52,877 nucleotides of DNA from a virus. Lineage: Duplodnaviria > Caudoviricetes. The position numbers and the translations under genes are program-made. Every line of letters starts with the position of its first letter. The stretch's first letter is position 1. The stretch is taken from IMG/VR virus record IMGVR_UViG_3300031720_000004, positions 1 through 52,877 of that record, one strand, 5' to 3'. Below are positions 35,345 through 43,635 of this stretch, piece by piece. The notes beneath the pieces are model-generated. The model was not told the DNA's origin and did not search any database. It saw nothing but the letters and a program-made list of their open reading frames with translations.

Positions 35345-35587
35345 TTACTTGGGCGGAGCGTGTAGCCCGCCGCGTTGTATGAACACCAGGATGAGCACGA
35401 TGAGGATGATGAGAAGGATGACGATCAGCACGGTCGTCGGGATGCCCGTCAGCACTCCGAGGATGAGCGTCGCCACCCACAGCGCCAGGCCCAGCGCGAC
35501 AAGGTTCAGCCCGAACACACTGAGGTTGAACGTCGCGGCCAGGAAGCAGATGAACGCCAGAAGCAGGAGCACGGTTGTCAGACCCAT
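35345..35587 (-). CDS. Very hydrophobic membrane protein, about 3 TM (holin-like candidate)
   Basis: AGGAGG-ttggc-ATG; almost entirely L/I/V/F/A with a short basic tail. Confidence 0.6.
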   Translation of the reverse strand: MGLTTVLLLLAFICFLAATFNLSVFGLNLVALGLALWVATLILGVLTGIPTTVLIVILLIILIVLILVFIQRGGLHAPPK

Positions 35588-35826
35588 GCCAACCTCCTGA
35601 TGATGCGGCTGATGTGATTGCGCATGTGGTGAATCCACCAGGCCAGTCCGACGATGCCGCCTCCGCCGAACAGCCCTGCGATGAACACGTCCAGCGCGAA
35701 GTGGCGCTGTGCGTACCAGCTGATGGTGTGCCACGGAGCGATGGTCAACCCGCCCCACTCGAACAGCGAGAAGGCTATCGCGAGGACGGGTATCACGACG
35801 AGAGCGATTGCGGCTTTCGTTGTCAC
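35578..35826 (-). CDS. Two-TM membrane protein
   Basis: Two hydrophobic stretches around HTISWY; basic C-terminus. Confidence 0.6.
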   Translation of the reverse strand: MTTKAAIALVVIPVLAIAFSLFEWGGLTIAPWHTISWYAQRHFALDVFIAGLFGGGGIVGLAWWIHHMRNHISRIIRRLAWV

Positions 35827-35839
35827 CTCACCACCTGAC

Positions 35840-36027
35840 CGAGCCAGCTGCTATGAGAGGACCGGCACTTTGCTGCTCTGACCCAGCGCGCACCGAAGGC
35901 GGCTGGCTCGCTCTGAGGGTGTGGGGAACCCGAGACTTGCGAGCGTTACGCTGGCTCCAGAGTCTCGCGCTCTGTCAGAGTTGCCAGTCGGGCGGGCCTA
36001 CAATGCGGACCCGGCGCTGTCGCTGGG
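35840..36027 (-). ncRNA. Candidate rod-like structured RNA
   Basis: Nested inverted repeats 35882-35888/36021-36027, 35911-35916/35975-35980, 35931-35937/35961-35967 and 35941-35944/35954-35957 in an intergenic gap. Confidence 0.5.
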
Positions 36028-36032
36028 AAATG

Positions 36033-36623
36033 CTACGCTGAAGCACCTCCCGCGGAAAGGATGGAGCCTGCGGCGGGATTCGAACCCTTGACGGAGGTAG
36101 TCGCGCGCCCGCCTCCATCTACATCCTGCCGACTAGCGGTCGGCTGCTCTGCCGTTGAGCTACGCAGGCTCGTCAGTCCGAGAGCTTCATCAACGATGTC
36201 GCCGGGCTGCCAGTCGTCACGGAAGAACTTCCAGTGCAACCAGCCGTCCTCGGCCCTGTCTGCGCCGCGATTGCGCGTGGCGCTGTTGAACTTGCTTGGC
36301 TGCCCCAGCTCGTTGCGGTACCAAGCCCCGCACCACAAGCCGGGCGAGTTCTGGCCGCGGATGTCCATGTCGCGGACCTCGAACGGCATACCCGCGGGCA
36401 TCCACATGCTGCGGGCCAACTCCCGACCCACGACCGCGCCGGGCTTCAGCCAGACGCCCAGGTCGCCCAGGCGATAGTGCTTGCCTACCACCAGCGTCGT
36501 GGTGAAGGAGCCGTTGCGCAGCGGCATCCAGATCTGCAGCAGATCCAGACGGTCGGCGTTCGGATGCGGAGAGATGCCCGTGACCTTGGCCACCACAGCG
36601 AGGTTGTATATCTGCTCGCTCAC
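36033..36623 (-). CDS. Stand-alone OB-fold tRNA-binding-like protein (resembles PheT B2/Trbp111 and the N-terminal domain of DRB0094-type RNA ligases)
   Basis: LAVVAKVTGISPHPNADRLDL...VVGKHYRLGDLGVW...IRGQNSPGL...GDIVDEALGL; no ligase catalytic domain follows. Confidence 0.7.
   Translation of the reverse strand: MSEQIYNLAVVAKVTGISPHPNADRLDLLQIWMPLRNGSFTTTLVVGKHYRLGDLGVWLKPGAVVGRELARSMWMPAGMPFEVRDMDIRGQNSPGLWCGAWYRNELGQPSKFNSATRNRGADRAEDGWLHWKFFRDDWQPGDIVDEALGLTSLRSSTAEQPTASRQDVDGGGRATTSVKGSNPAAGSILSAGGASA
36062..36169 (-). tRNA. tRNA-like element: tRNA-Thr-type body, atypical anticodon loop CCGCUAG, 33-nt insertion, encoded CCA
   Basis: Acceptor GCCUGCG/CGCAGGC plus U-CCA; D arm GCUC-AACGGCA-GAGC; anticodon stem GCCGA/UCGGC; T loop UUCGAAU. 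Confidence 0.8.
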
Positions 36624-36883
36624 ATCCGCTCCCACCAAGGCTTCTCGTCAGGCTTGGGCTGTCGGATGGCCGAGCGCCCAAGCCGGAGTTCCACCTTGTC
36701 GCTGTTGTCCTGGCCTTCCAGCACCAGAACGTCGTCCGCGCCCAACACGATGGGCTTCTGCAGCTGATCCTTGCCGTTGAGCAGGATGTTGTTGATCTTG
36801 ATGCGCGGCCTACGTCGGACGTACAGCAGGGTGATGGCCCAGCCGATGAAGCACGTCCAGCCCCACCAGAACCACAGGCTCAT
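36620..36883 (-). CDS. Small protein with an N-terminal TM helix
   Basis: MSLWFWWGWTCFIGWAITLLYVRRR; TGATG coupling. Confidence 0.55.
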   Translation of the reverse strand: MSLWFWWGWTCFIGWAITLLYVRRRPRIKINNILLNGKDQLQKPIVLGADDVLVLEGQDNSDKVELRLGRSAIRQPKPDEKPWWERM

Positions 36884-37452
36884 CAGTCGTGGCACCCATC
36901 CGCGCTATGCCAGGCCGTGCCCCAGTCGCGGTCGTGGAAGACCGGCTGGCCGAGTCGCAACGGTCGCCTGCAGCGAGCGCAGGGCTTGCCACGGAGTCGC
37001 CGGTCAGCCCTGGTAAGCAGCGGCGCGCGCGCCCGCCTGCCCGACATGTTGGTCGCTATGGCTCGGCAGGCCCGTACCTCTCGCAGCTCCTTGCTCAGCA
37101 AAGCCGCCCCGTGGGTGTCCTCCTGGGCCGAAAGAGCCTGGACCTCCACAGCCAACGCCTGCGGCTCCGGGTACTTGCCGTTGACCTTGGCGGGCTGGTA
37201 GCCGTCCACCATGAACCGCGCCGCCTGACGCTTGACGTGACGATTGAGTTTCGGGATGGCATGCGCCAAGTCGATTGTCTCGTCAATCACCTTCATCCAA
37301 TGGCCCGTCGCCAGAGTCTGAGAGATGCCGTTGAGGGAGCTACCCTCGATGGCGCTGTACTCTACGAACAGTCGCGCGCATGTCGCGCCAGCTTGTTCCG
37401 CGGAGTAGCCCACTGGTGCGCAAGCGTAAACCCTCTGCGTTGCGTTGGCAAG
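36883..37452 (-). CDS. Hypothetical protein (start uncertain)
   Basis: Open frame with C-terminal CARC...H..C. Possible near-cognate CTT start after GGAGG...TCA at 37452. Confidence 0.45.
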   Translation of the reverse strand, partial: LANATQRVYACAPVGYSAEQAGATCARLFVEYSAIEGSSLNGISQTLATGHWMKVIDETIDLAHAIPKLNRHVKRQAARFMVDGYQPAKVNGKYPEPQALAVEVQALSAQEDTHGAALLSKELREVRACRAIATNMSGRRARAPLLTRADRRLRGKPCARCRRPLRLGQPVFHDRDWGTAWHSADGCHD

Positions 37453-37456
37453 TGAG

Positions 37457-37990
37457 TTACGGGCCTCCGCACATGGGACAACCGCGCTGTCCGCAGTGGC
37501 CGTCTCCATCAGTGTCGCGAGGACAATGCACTTCAACTTTCAGAGAGTCGACAGGAACTTCAAAGTTCGTGGCAATCTGTTGAAGTATGCTCTCGTGTTC
37601 CTTCGCAAAGTCCAGAACAGGCTGCATGGCTTTCGTCAGGCTTTCGCCCAGCTTTCGCACGGCCTCGGTGAACTTGGTCATGTCCGCCTCGATCCGGACG
37701 TACATCACGGCCTGACCCCGAGCCGGGTTGCCGAAGCGCAGATACGCGGCCTGCTTGTTGTTGGGAACCCAGGGCCGCGGGTCTTGCTCAGGCTGCGGCT
37801 CGGGAAACTCCTTGCGCTTCTGCGCCGGGCCGAAGGGTTCGTTGGCTCGCTGCGTGGCCAGAGCCTCGGTGCGCAGTTCGTGCTCCACCCACTCACGCTC
37901 CGCGACGGCTGCCTGTACGCGCTTGCTGCGGTAGGCGCGCGCGGCCCCGGCAGGATTGTCGGCGAAGTCCTCAGGACGGTACGTGTTCAG
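37457..37990 (-). CDS. Hypothetical protein, probable CTG start coupled to the upstream stop
   Basis: The frame extends 34 codons above GTG 37888 to a CTGA overlap at 37990-37987; C-terminal HCPRDTDGDGHCG...CPMC. Confidence 0.55.
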   Translation of the reverse strand: MNTYRPEDFADNPAGAARAYRSKRVQAAVAEREWVEHELRTEALATQRANEPFGPAQKRKEFPEPQPEQDPRPWVPNNKQAAYLRFGNPARGQAVMYVRIEADMTKFTEAVRKLGESLTKAMQPVLDFAKEHESILQQIATNFEVPVDSLKVEVHCPRDTDGDGHCGQRGCPMCGGP

Positions 37991-38175
37991 TTCAGGTGCG
38001 CCTTGCTGCGCGCCGACATGCGCTCCGCCTCCTGTACGCTGACGGCGAAGACCTCAACGCACACGGCACAGAACGTACACGCACACTCGTGACACTGAAT
38101 GTGCTGGTGGTCTTGCGTCATGTCCAGCTCGAGAGTGTACCCACAACCGTGCGGGCACTGCACCGGAACCTTCAT
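37987..38175 (-). CDS. Small zinc-finger protein
   Basis: CPHGC...CHECACTFCAVC. Confidence 0.6.
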   Translation of the reverse strand: MKVPVQCPHGCGYTLELDMTQDHQHIQCHECACTFCAVCVEVFAVSVQEAERMSARSKAHLN

Positions 38176-38369
38176 GCGACAGGCGTCGGGCCGTCGTACA
38201 GCGTTTCGACGCGGAACTCCACAGGATACTCCATGCCTTCGTGCGACTCGAAGAACGCAGTCAGCTCCTTGGCGGTCCAGGCGACATCGCGCAGAGCGGG
38301 CTTCACGAGCAGCAAGTCGTCGTGCGGCAGGACGCGGTGCACGATGTACCGGCGCTTGCCTTCATCCAT
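38172..38369 (-). CDS. Hypothetical protein
   Basis: MDEGKRRY start; coupled stop. Confidence 0.5.
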   Translation of the reverse strand: MDEGKRRYIVHRVLPHDDLLLVKPALRDVAWTAKELTAFFESHEGMEYPVEFRVETLYDGPTPVA

Positions 38370-38568
38370 CGCTGTGCTGGCCTCGGAACACGCCCATCGC
38401 CAACAGGTCAAGCAGCTGTCGTGCGTTGATCAGCATCTGCCGCTTGTGGTTCTCCGTCGCAAGGTTCCACCACTCCTCGTCCTGCTCCGTCGTGACGAGC
38501 GGGCCGGTGGGAGTGGCGCGCCCGATGAGCACGAAGACCGCGTCACCGGGCACTTCCACTGTCCTCAA
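38362..38568 (-). CDS. Hypothetical protein
   Basis: 68-aa ORF in the packed array. Confidence 0.5.
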   Translation of the reverse strand: MRTVEVPGDAVFVLIGRATPTGPLVTTEQDEEWWNLATENHKRQMLINARQLLDLLAMGVFRGQHSDG

Positions 38569-39372
38569 CTACGCGCTCGGCTTGCCCTGGTACACGTTGA
38601 GCAGGGTTGCCTTCTGCAGCTCGAGCACGATGTCATCGAACGCTGCCTTCTGCACGTCCCGCGGGCGGTCCAGCTTGTAGCCGAGCTGGAGGTCGCCGTT
38701 GTTGATGCGGAAGCGGAACCAGGCCTTGATCTTGTACGTGGGCGAACCCTCGAACGGCGCAATCGCCAACGACAGCTCGCTCGGGATGACGATGGTGCCC
38801 TTCGCGCCCGCGGTGGCGTTGATCTCCTCGATGTACTCCAGCTGGCGCTTGCCGTCCGCCAACTGCTTGCCGCTCTTGAAGGTCACGTCGGTGTGCGCCT
38901 GGAACGACTGCGCCAACTCGAGCATGTCCATCGCGGGCGGGTCGAGGATCTCTCGCAGCCCGGCCTGCACGTGCTCCGCGAACTCGGCCTGGGCCTGCAT
39001 CTTGCCGTCCTTGTTGATCCAGTAGTTCCACTCCGGCGTGTACCGGGTCTTGAGGATGGCCGTGTGGTCGCTCCAGCCCGGCGACTCGACCGACGGGCCG
39101 TTGATGATGACCGTAGCCCCGAAGGACTCCAGATCGACGTACAGGGCCGTCCCTGCCTCCTTGTGCGCCAGAGCGTACGCGGCCAGCGACGCGGCTGTGA
39201 AGTGCGTCGTGTGCCCGCGCTTGCGCCGCGGAGTGGGCTGGAAGTCCTGGAGGTTGATGATCTCACCGTCGTGGACGTACAGCTTGCTGGGGTCCACCTC
39301 GACAGGCGGGGTCGACGCAACAGCCAGGTCGCGAATGAACTCCGCCTCGGTGCCTGTGCCCTTGCTCCCCAA
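38569..39372 (-). CDS. DUF2303 (YfdQ-like) phage protein
   Basis: PGWSDHTA...PEW..W...QAEFAE...F.SG..L.DG...IAPFEG...FRFRI motifs. Confidence 0.85.
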   Translation of the reverse strand: MGSKGTGTEAEFIRDLAVASTPPVEVDPSKLYVHDGEIINLQDFQPTPRRKRGHTTHFTAASLAAYALAHKEAGTALYVDLESFGATVIINGPSVESPGWSDHTAILKTRYTPEWNYWINKDGKMQAQAEFAEHVQAGLREILDPPAMDMLELAQSFQAHTDVTFKSGKQLADGKRQLEYIEEINATAGAKGTIVIPSELSLAIAPFEGSPTYKIKAWFRFRINNGDLQLGYKLDRPRDVQKAAFDDIVLELQKATLLNVYQGKPSA

Positions 39373-39735
39373 CTACTCGCCCTCCCCGACACGCCGCAGC
39401 TCGCGCACGTCGGCGTCCGGCACCTCGCGCACGATTCCCATCTCCAGCTGGTTCGGGTCGCTGCGCACGAGGTTGAAGTCCTTGTCCGCGAAGAACATGG
39501 CGGCGTCCTTCTGCGGCGACGGCAGAGTGATGGACACGTCGTCCGACACGGCGAGCACACCTGCCATCTCCGTCGGCTTGATGGTGATGACGAGCTTCAG
39601 CTTGCCCGGCTTGCGGTTCTGCATGACCGCCTCGACGACGGTGTTGAGAGACTCCGCCAACTCCGCGGCCAACTTGCCGCTGCGCTGGTCCCGGAGAAGC
39701 TCTCCGAACGGCCTGATGAGACGCGTATCGCCCAT
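39373..39735 (-). CDS. YfdP-like partner of DUF2303
   Basis: KPGKLKLVITIKP...FFADKDFNLVRSDPNQLEM; usual position upstream of DUF2303 genes. Confidence 0.7.
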   Translation of the reverse strand: MGDTRLIRPFGELLRDQRSGKLAAELAESLNTVVEAVMQNRKPGKLKLVITIKPTEMAGVLAVSDDVSITLPSPQKDAAMFFADKDFNLVRSDPNQLEMGIVREVPDADVRELRRVGEGE

Positions 39736-39790
39736 TGCGTTGCCCTCCTACTGGCTGAATGACGTCTGCCGAATGAATGAGTGTGCGGAA

Positions 39791-39800
39791 AGCATAGCGC
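39791..39800 (-). promoter_or_regulatory. Putative -10 element (CGCTATGCT)
   Basis: Matches CGCTATACT (41316-41324) and CGCTATAGT (43972-43980), each upstream of an SD-led gene. Confidence 0.45.
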
Positions 39801-39814
39801 CGTGCTGTTGGGGC

Positions 39815-39850
39815 AAAGAGAAAGCCGGGACGCTCATCGCAATCCCGGCT
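39815..39850 (-). terminator. Rho-independent terminator
   Basis: AGCCGGGA/UCCCGGCU stem followed by UUCUCUUU on the minus strand. Confidence 0.65.
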
Positions 39851-39913
39851 CTTCCGTCCGCTTCCTCGGGAGGTACTAAGTCCGGAGGCCGCAGACCCTA
39901 TGATACCGCACTT

Positions 39914-40225
39914 CTACCGGACGACGCCCACAATCATCTTGCACTTCGGACACTCTTGCACTGGTATGCCCAGTATTGTGGCGTCGCCGACCTTGGGTTT
40001 CCTCTTGAGTGTTGCTCCCAGCGTTGTGTCGCGCGCGTCCGTGTGCGGACACAACGGGATGGCCGATGGCGGGTTGGGCGGGACGGGCCGCGCGACTGGC
40101 TCCTCCCGCGGTGTGACGTACTCGTTGAGCTGCTTCCACATGCGCTGCCACCAGGCGGGCCGCGCGGTTGCGTTCTTGAACTCTCGCTCGATGGCCGCGG
40201 TGTGCTTACGCCAGCGGTCGATCAT
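39914..40225 (-). CDS. Hypothetical zinc-ribbon protein
   Basis: ATGA-coupled start; CPH...CPKC. Confidence 0.5.
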   Translation of the reverse strand: MIDRWRKHTAAIEREFKNATARPAWWQRMWKQLNEYVTPREEPVARPVPPNPPSAIPLCPHTDARDTTLGATLKRKPKVGDATILGIPVQECPKCKMIVGVVR

Positions 40226-40431
40226 CGCTTGTGAACTCCCTTGAGAGCCGTTACGAGTTCCTCGTAGCACTCCTGAACATCCCCGCCCAATCCATCGTAG
40301 GCGTCCAGGAAACGCGCCGCCGCCTCCACCACCGGGATGCAGTGATCGAGCATCCGCATGGCCTGGTCACCGAGTCGATGCGCCTGCTCCAAAGGAGAGA
40401 GGGGCCGCGTTGGCCCCTCCCAGAGATCCAT
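40222..40431 (-). CDS. Hypothetical protein
   Basis: 69-aa ORF with a coupled stop. Confidence 0.5.
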   Translation of the reverse strand: MDLWEGPTRPLSPLEQAHRLGDQAMRMLDHCIPVVEAAARFLDAYDGLGGDVQECYEELVTALKGVHKR

Positions 40432-40435
40432 ACGG

Positions 40436-41275
40436 TTAGTTCCCGTCGACGAACGACGGCTCCAGCGGCAGCGACTCGCTGAGAATCCGCAGGAGGTCGG
40501 CGCTGGTCTCCACCTGGCGCTTCAGGGGCGTGTCTCGCATGACGCGCGTGAAGGCGTTGTGGAGGCTCCAGCGGCTCGGCTCGGCGACGTCCGGGGTAGC
40601 GTGAGCGAAGTACGTCTCGACGACGTCGATGAACTTGCTGGTCGCCACCGGCTGGTACGGCAGCCGCATGACCTGGACGATCAGCCCGCCCGCCTGCTCA
40701 TCCGTGAGCTCGGCGTTCTGCAGCTGGCCGATGCGCGACGTGAACGGAACGAAGTTGTCGAAAGCCTTCTCCAGAAGGTGGTCGATGCGCGTCTCCCACG
40801 GCTCGTCGCCCGTGTGCTTGCGCTTGCCGTTGCCGCCCGCGATGGTGCCGATGGCCAAGTTGGTGCAGACGTACACCTTGATCGCGGCCTCGATCCGCAG
40901 CGCGCGGCTCTTGTCGTTGGCGTGGGTCATTACGAGCATGGCTCCGGCCGTCTCCTGAAGCTCCTTCGGCACGAAGACGTGGTTGCCCATCGCCTCGCGC
41001 AGCTGAAGCATCCGCTCCTTGCCCAGTTCCTGCTGGTCGGGCGAGAAGTCGTACGTGGCGTCCAGACGCTGGCCCTCCTGGCTCAGGATGTACCGGGGCA
41101 CGAACCCCTCCATCCCGCGCTCCTTGAGCTGGCTCTCGAGCGCCTCCGCCACCGCCCAGTGCGGGACGGGCTTGTGGCGCGGCCCCAGCACCTGCGGCTC
41201 GGGCAACAGCTTGAGGTTGTCCAACGTGGTGGCTCCCTCAAGCACCGGCTTCGACAGAACGGCTGACTTGGTCAT
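40436..41275 (-). CDS. DUF932-like protein
   Basis: HKPVPH...HANDKS...VYVCTNL...RKHTG...SRWSLHNAFT; start at ATG 41275 after GGGAGGT and a -10-like box. Confidence 0.7.
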   Translation of the reverse strand: MTKSAVLSKPVLEGATTLDNLKLLPEPQVLGPRHKPVPHWAVAEALESQLKERGMEGFVPRYILSQEGQRLDATYDFSPDQQELGKERMLQLREAMGNHVFVPKELQETAGAMLVMTHANDKSRALRIEAAIKVYVCTNLAIGTIAGGNGKRKHTGDEPWETRIDHLLEKAFDNFVPFTSRIGQLQNAELTDEQAGGLIVQVMRLPYQPVATSKFIDVVETYFAHATPDVAEPSRWSLHNAFTRVMRDTPLKRQVETSADLLRILSESLPLEPSFVDGN

Positions 41276-41315
41276 TACGTGTACCTCCCGATGATGATTG
41301 ACGGCAACTGCAGGA

Positions 41316-41325
41316 AGTATAGCGC
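41316..41325 (-). promoter_or_regulatory. Putative -10 element (CGCTATACT)
   Basis: Near-consensus TATACT about 40 nt upstream of ATG 41275. Confidence 0.55.
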
Positions 41326-41546
41326 GTCGGCGCGCCATTGAGGGAGCAGCGGCTCCCAATTCCGGCGAGAACGTATAGGTGCCGCCGCCCGCCCTGGCTC
41401 CTGCCATCAGGACGGGGCTGGGCACCCCTCGCAAACCGGCCCGCTCCTTACGGCAACCCCAAACGGCTCCGAGAGCAGGGTTGTCGTTGCCACACACACG
41501 GTCCTCGTTGACCGTGAAGAGCCAACAGTGCTTGCAGTGCTTGAGC

Positions 41547-41855
41547 TTAGGTTGGCTGTACGCTCGGATCACTTTGTACCTCCCGATATCCGTTCATCCA
41601 GACGATCCATCCGATGCCGCCCTTGTCGCTGACACAGATGTCCGGCCCCAGCTGCAAGGTGCGGCTCTTGGTGTGGCCGTCCGCGTTGCGCGGCGCGTCT
41701 ACGATCTTCAGCCGTCGCAACCTACGCATGTGCTCGAAGGCTGTGCCCTTAGAGCGGTAGCCCATGTGCAAACGAACGTCCTCGTAGCGGCAGGGCTGGT
41801 GCGCCGCCACGAACAGCACGATCTTCCGCTCGATCTCCGTGAGCCGCCCCGTCAC
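41547..41855 (-). CDS. LexA-like winged-helix DNA-binding protein without a peptidase domain
   Basis: LTEIERKIVLFV...EDVRLHMGYRSKGTAFEHMRRLRRL...KSRTL. Confidence 0.7.
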   Translation of the reverse strand: MTGRLTEIERKIVLFVAAHQPCRYEDVRLHMGYRSKGTAFEHMRRLRRLKIVDAPRNADGHTKSRTLQLGPDICVSDKGGIGWIVWMNGYREVQSDPSVQPT

Positions 41856-42070
41856 TTCCGCATTCCCTCTGGCCACTTCACGGGATCGAACCGCTGCTTG
41901 CCGTCCTTCTCCCAGTACTGGCCGCGGGGCCGCGGCTCCGGCTCGGTCTGCAGCGCCAGCGCGCCACGCACAGACGCGCGCTCGGCGTGGTGCTCCGCGC
42001 GCTTGTCCTGCTTCTCGGACCGGGCTGTGGTGATCCCACAGAACGGGTTCTTCCTCCGTGACCTGCTCAT
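41852..42070 (-). CDS. Small basic hypothetical protein
   Basis: MSRSRRKNPFCGITTARSEKQDK; coupled at both ends. Confidence 0.65.
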   Translation of the reverse strand: MSRSRRKNPFCGITTARSEKQDKRAEHHAERASVRGALALQTEPEPRPRGQYWEKDGKQRFDPVKWPEGMRK

Positions 42071-42285
42071 CGTCGCGCCTCGGTCTCGTATGGTAGCGCC
42101 ACCTCGGGGTCGAATTCCGACAGGTAGCGCAGCTTGATGGCGTGGTCGCTGAGGATGTGCGCCAGGCCCATGCCCGACGCCGTACCCACGCTGCGCGCGC
42201 GCTCAGCCGCGGCCTCGAACAGCGCCGCATCGCTGGCGCACTGCGCCCGGAACTTGGTGTAGCAAGCCAAGGCCTCCTCGTTCAT
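42067..42285 (-). CDS. Hypothetical protein
   Basis: ATGA-coupled at both ends. Confidence 0.55.
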   Translation of the reverse strand: MNEEALACYTKFRAQCASDAALFEAAAERARSVGTASGMGLAHILSDHAIKLRYLSEFDPEVALPYETEARR

Positions 42286-42788
42286 GGCGTCACCTTCAGC
42301 GTCTCGCGGCTGCCCATCTTCTTGTCCGGCTCCACGTGCAACCCCGCGGCCTTCAGAGCAGCGACGGCTGCATCCAGCTGACGCTTCTGCTCGGCCTTCT
42401 CCTCGGCTGCTTCCCGCTCCTTGCTCCATCCCTTGAAGTGACCCCAGTCCCACGCGAATGCGTAGTACACCTGCACCCAGCTGTGGAATTCCCAGTCTCC
42501 GTAGGTGACCTCAAAGCCGGTGGACCCGCCGACAGCGGCCAACCCGTGCTGCTTCATCGCCATGTGCAGCTTGGCCTTGCGCAGGACGCCCGTGACTTTC
42601 TGGACGGTGAGGGGCGGATGCTTCTTCCGCTCCTCGTCAGCGCGCTCCTTGGCGTCCTCGGCGTCCATGTCCTTCAGCTCCGCCTCGATCTTCTCGATGG
42701 CGACGCTTACGGCTGACGGTGCGTGACCACGGTACGCGGCCACGAGGTCGCGGAGCAGTCCTTCGGGAACGTGCCTGACGTACCTCAC
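42282..42788 (-). CDS. Hypothetical protein
   Basis: GTGA-coupled start. Confidence 0.55.
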   Translation of the reverse strand: MRYVRHVPEGLLRDLVAAYRGHAPSAVSVAIEKIEAELKDMDAEDAKERADEERKKHPPLTVQKVTGVLRKAKLHMAMKQHGLAAVGGSTGFEVTYGDWEFHSWVQVYYAFAWDWGHFKGWSKEREAAEEKAEQKRQLDAAVAALKAAGLHVEPDKKMGSRETLKVTP

Positions 42789-43225
42789 AGCGGCAGCCTC
42801 GGCTTGAGCGCCTCCCACGACGCGACCGTCAGCCCGTACGCGCGGGCGCTGCGCAACAGGTCGCCCTTGTTCAAGTGCATGTAGCTGGACAGCAGCTCTA
42901 TGTACATGCGAGCGTAGATCGGCCCGTGCTGGACGTGATGCCCGCGCTGCGCGCAGATGCTGTGCGCCGCTTCGTGGAGAACGATGGGCGTCGCGTGGTG
43001 CTGACGGGACAGCGTGATCCGGTCAGCGCCGCCCCGCGAGCCGAAGCCCCGGCCTACGCGCACGGACACCATCTTGCAGCCGTAGGCGCGCATGACGCGC
43101 CGGATGAGCGCCCGGCACTGCGCCGTCGTGAGGATGTCGGGCTTGCTAGTGCCCGTCACCCGCGGGTAGCGCCACTTCTGGCTGTTCTCCCAGTCGTAGA
43201 GCAGCTGCTTCTGAGAGTCGCTCAC
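42785..43225 (-). CDS. SprT-like zinc metallopeptidase
   Basis: VLHEAAH...HGP.Y motif. Confidence 0.75.
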   Translation of the reverse strand: MSDSQKQLLYDWENSQKWRYPRVTGTSKPDILTTAQCRALIRRVMRAYGCKMVSVRVGRGFGSRGGADRITLSRQHHATPIVLHEAAHSICAQRGHHVQHGPIYARMYIELLSSYMHLNKGDLLRSARAYGLTVASWEALKPRLPL

Positions 43226-43635
43226 AGCGCCACCACCTGCTTGCCGCCACACCGCGGGCAAGCCTCGTGACCCCACCAGTCGCCGTCGTCCTCAAGGACG
43301 GGGCGAGCCTTGTACTTGGCCTCGTTCCATACGAACCCGTCGCCGTGGCACGTCGGACACGTTTCCTTACCGTCAAGCCAGAGCCGGAGTTCCTCCACCA
43401 CCGCCCGCTCGCCGCACATGCAGATGCCGACGCTGTGGTCGCAGCCCGGCTCCGCATCCATGATGTTCTCGACGACCGCACTCACGAACGCCACGCTGAT
43501 GTCGTGCGTGGCCTCGCCCGCGAAGGAGCCAGCGACCAGCGACGCGGCCCGTTTCCAGCTGTCCACGCGCGGGCTGATGATGGCCAGCGCCTCCGCCAGC
43601 AGCTCGGTCTTGATGGCCCGGTACTCGTCGCTCAC
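43222..43635 (-). CDS. Hypothetical protein with CxxCxG repeats
   Basis: CDHSVGICMC, CPTCHGDG, CPRCGG. Confidence 0.6.
   Translation of the reverse strand: MSDEYRAIKTELLAEALAIISPRVDSWKRAASLVAGSFAGEATHDISVAFVSAVVENIMDAEPGCDHSVGICMCGERAVVEELRLWLDGKETCPTCHGDGFVWNEAKYKARPVLEDDGDWWGHEACPRCGGKQVVAL

Noticed and set aside
36133-36139. CUA in the tRNA-like loop as an amber suppressor, or GCU as a true tRNA-Ser
   Set aside because: CUA is off-centre in the 7-nt loop, U33 is missing, and U73 with this acceptor does not fit Ser identity, so no decoding role can be supported.
40436-41572. 378-aa version of the DUF932-like ORF
   Set aside because: An internal -10 box and strong SD point to ATG 41275. 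The upstream in-frame part may be a separate or read-through Cys-containing segment and cannot be resolved here.
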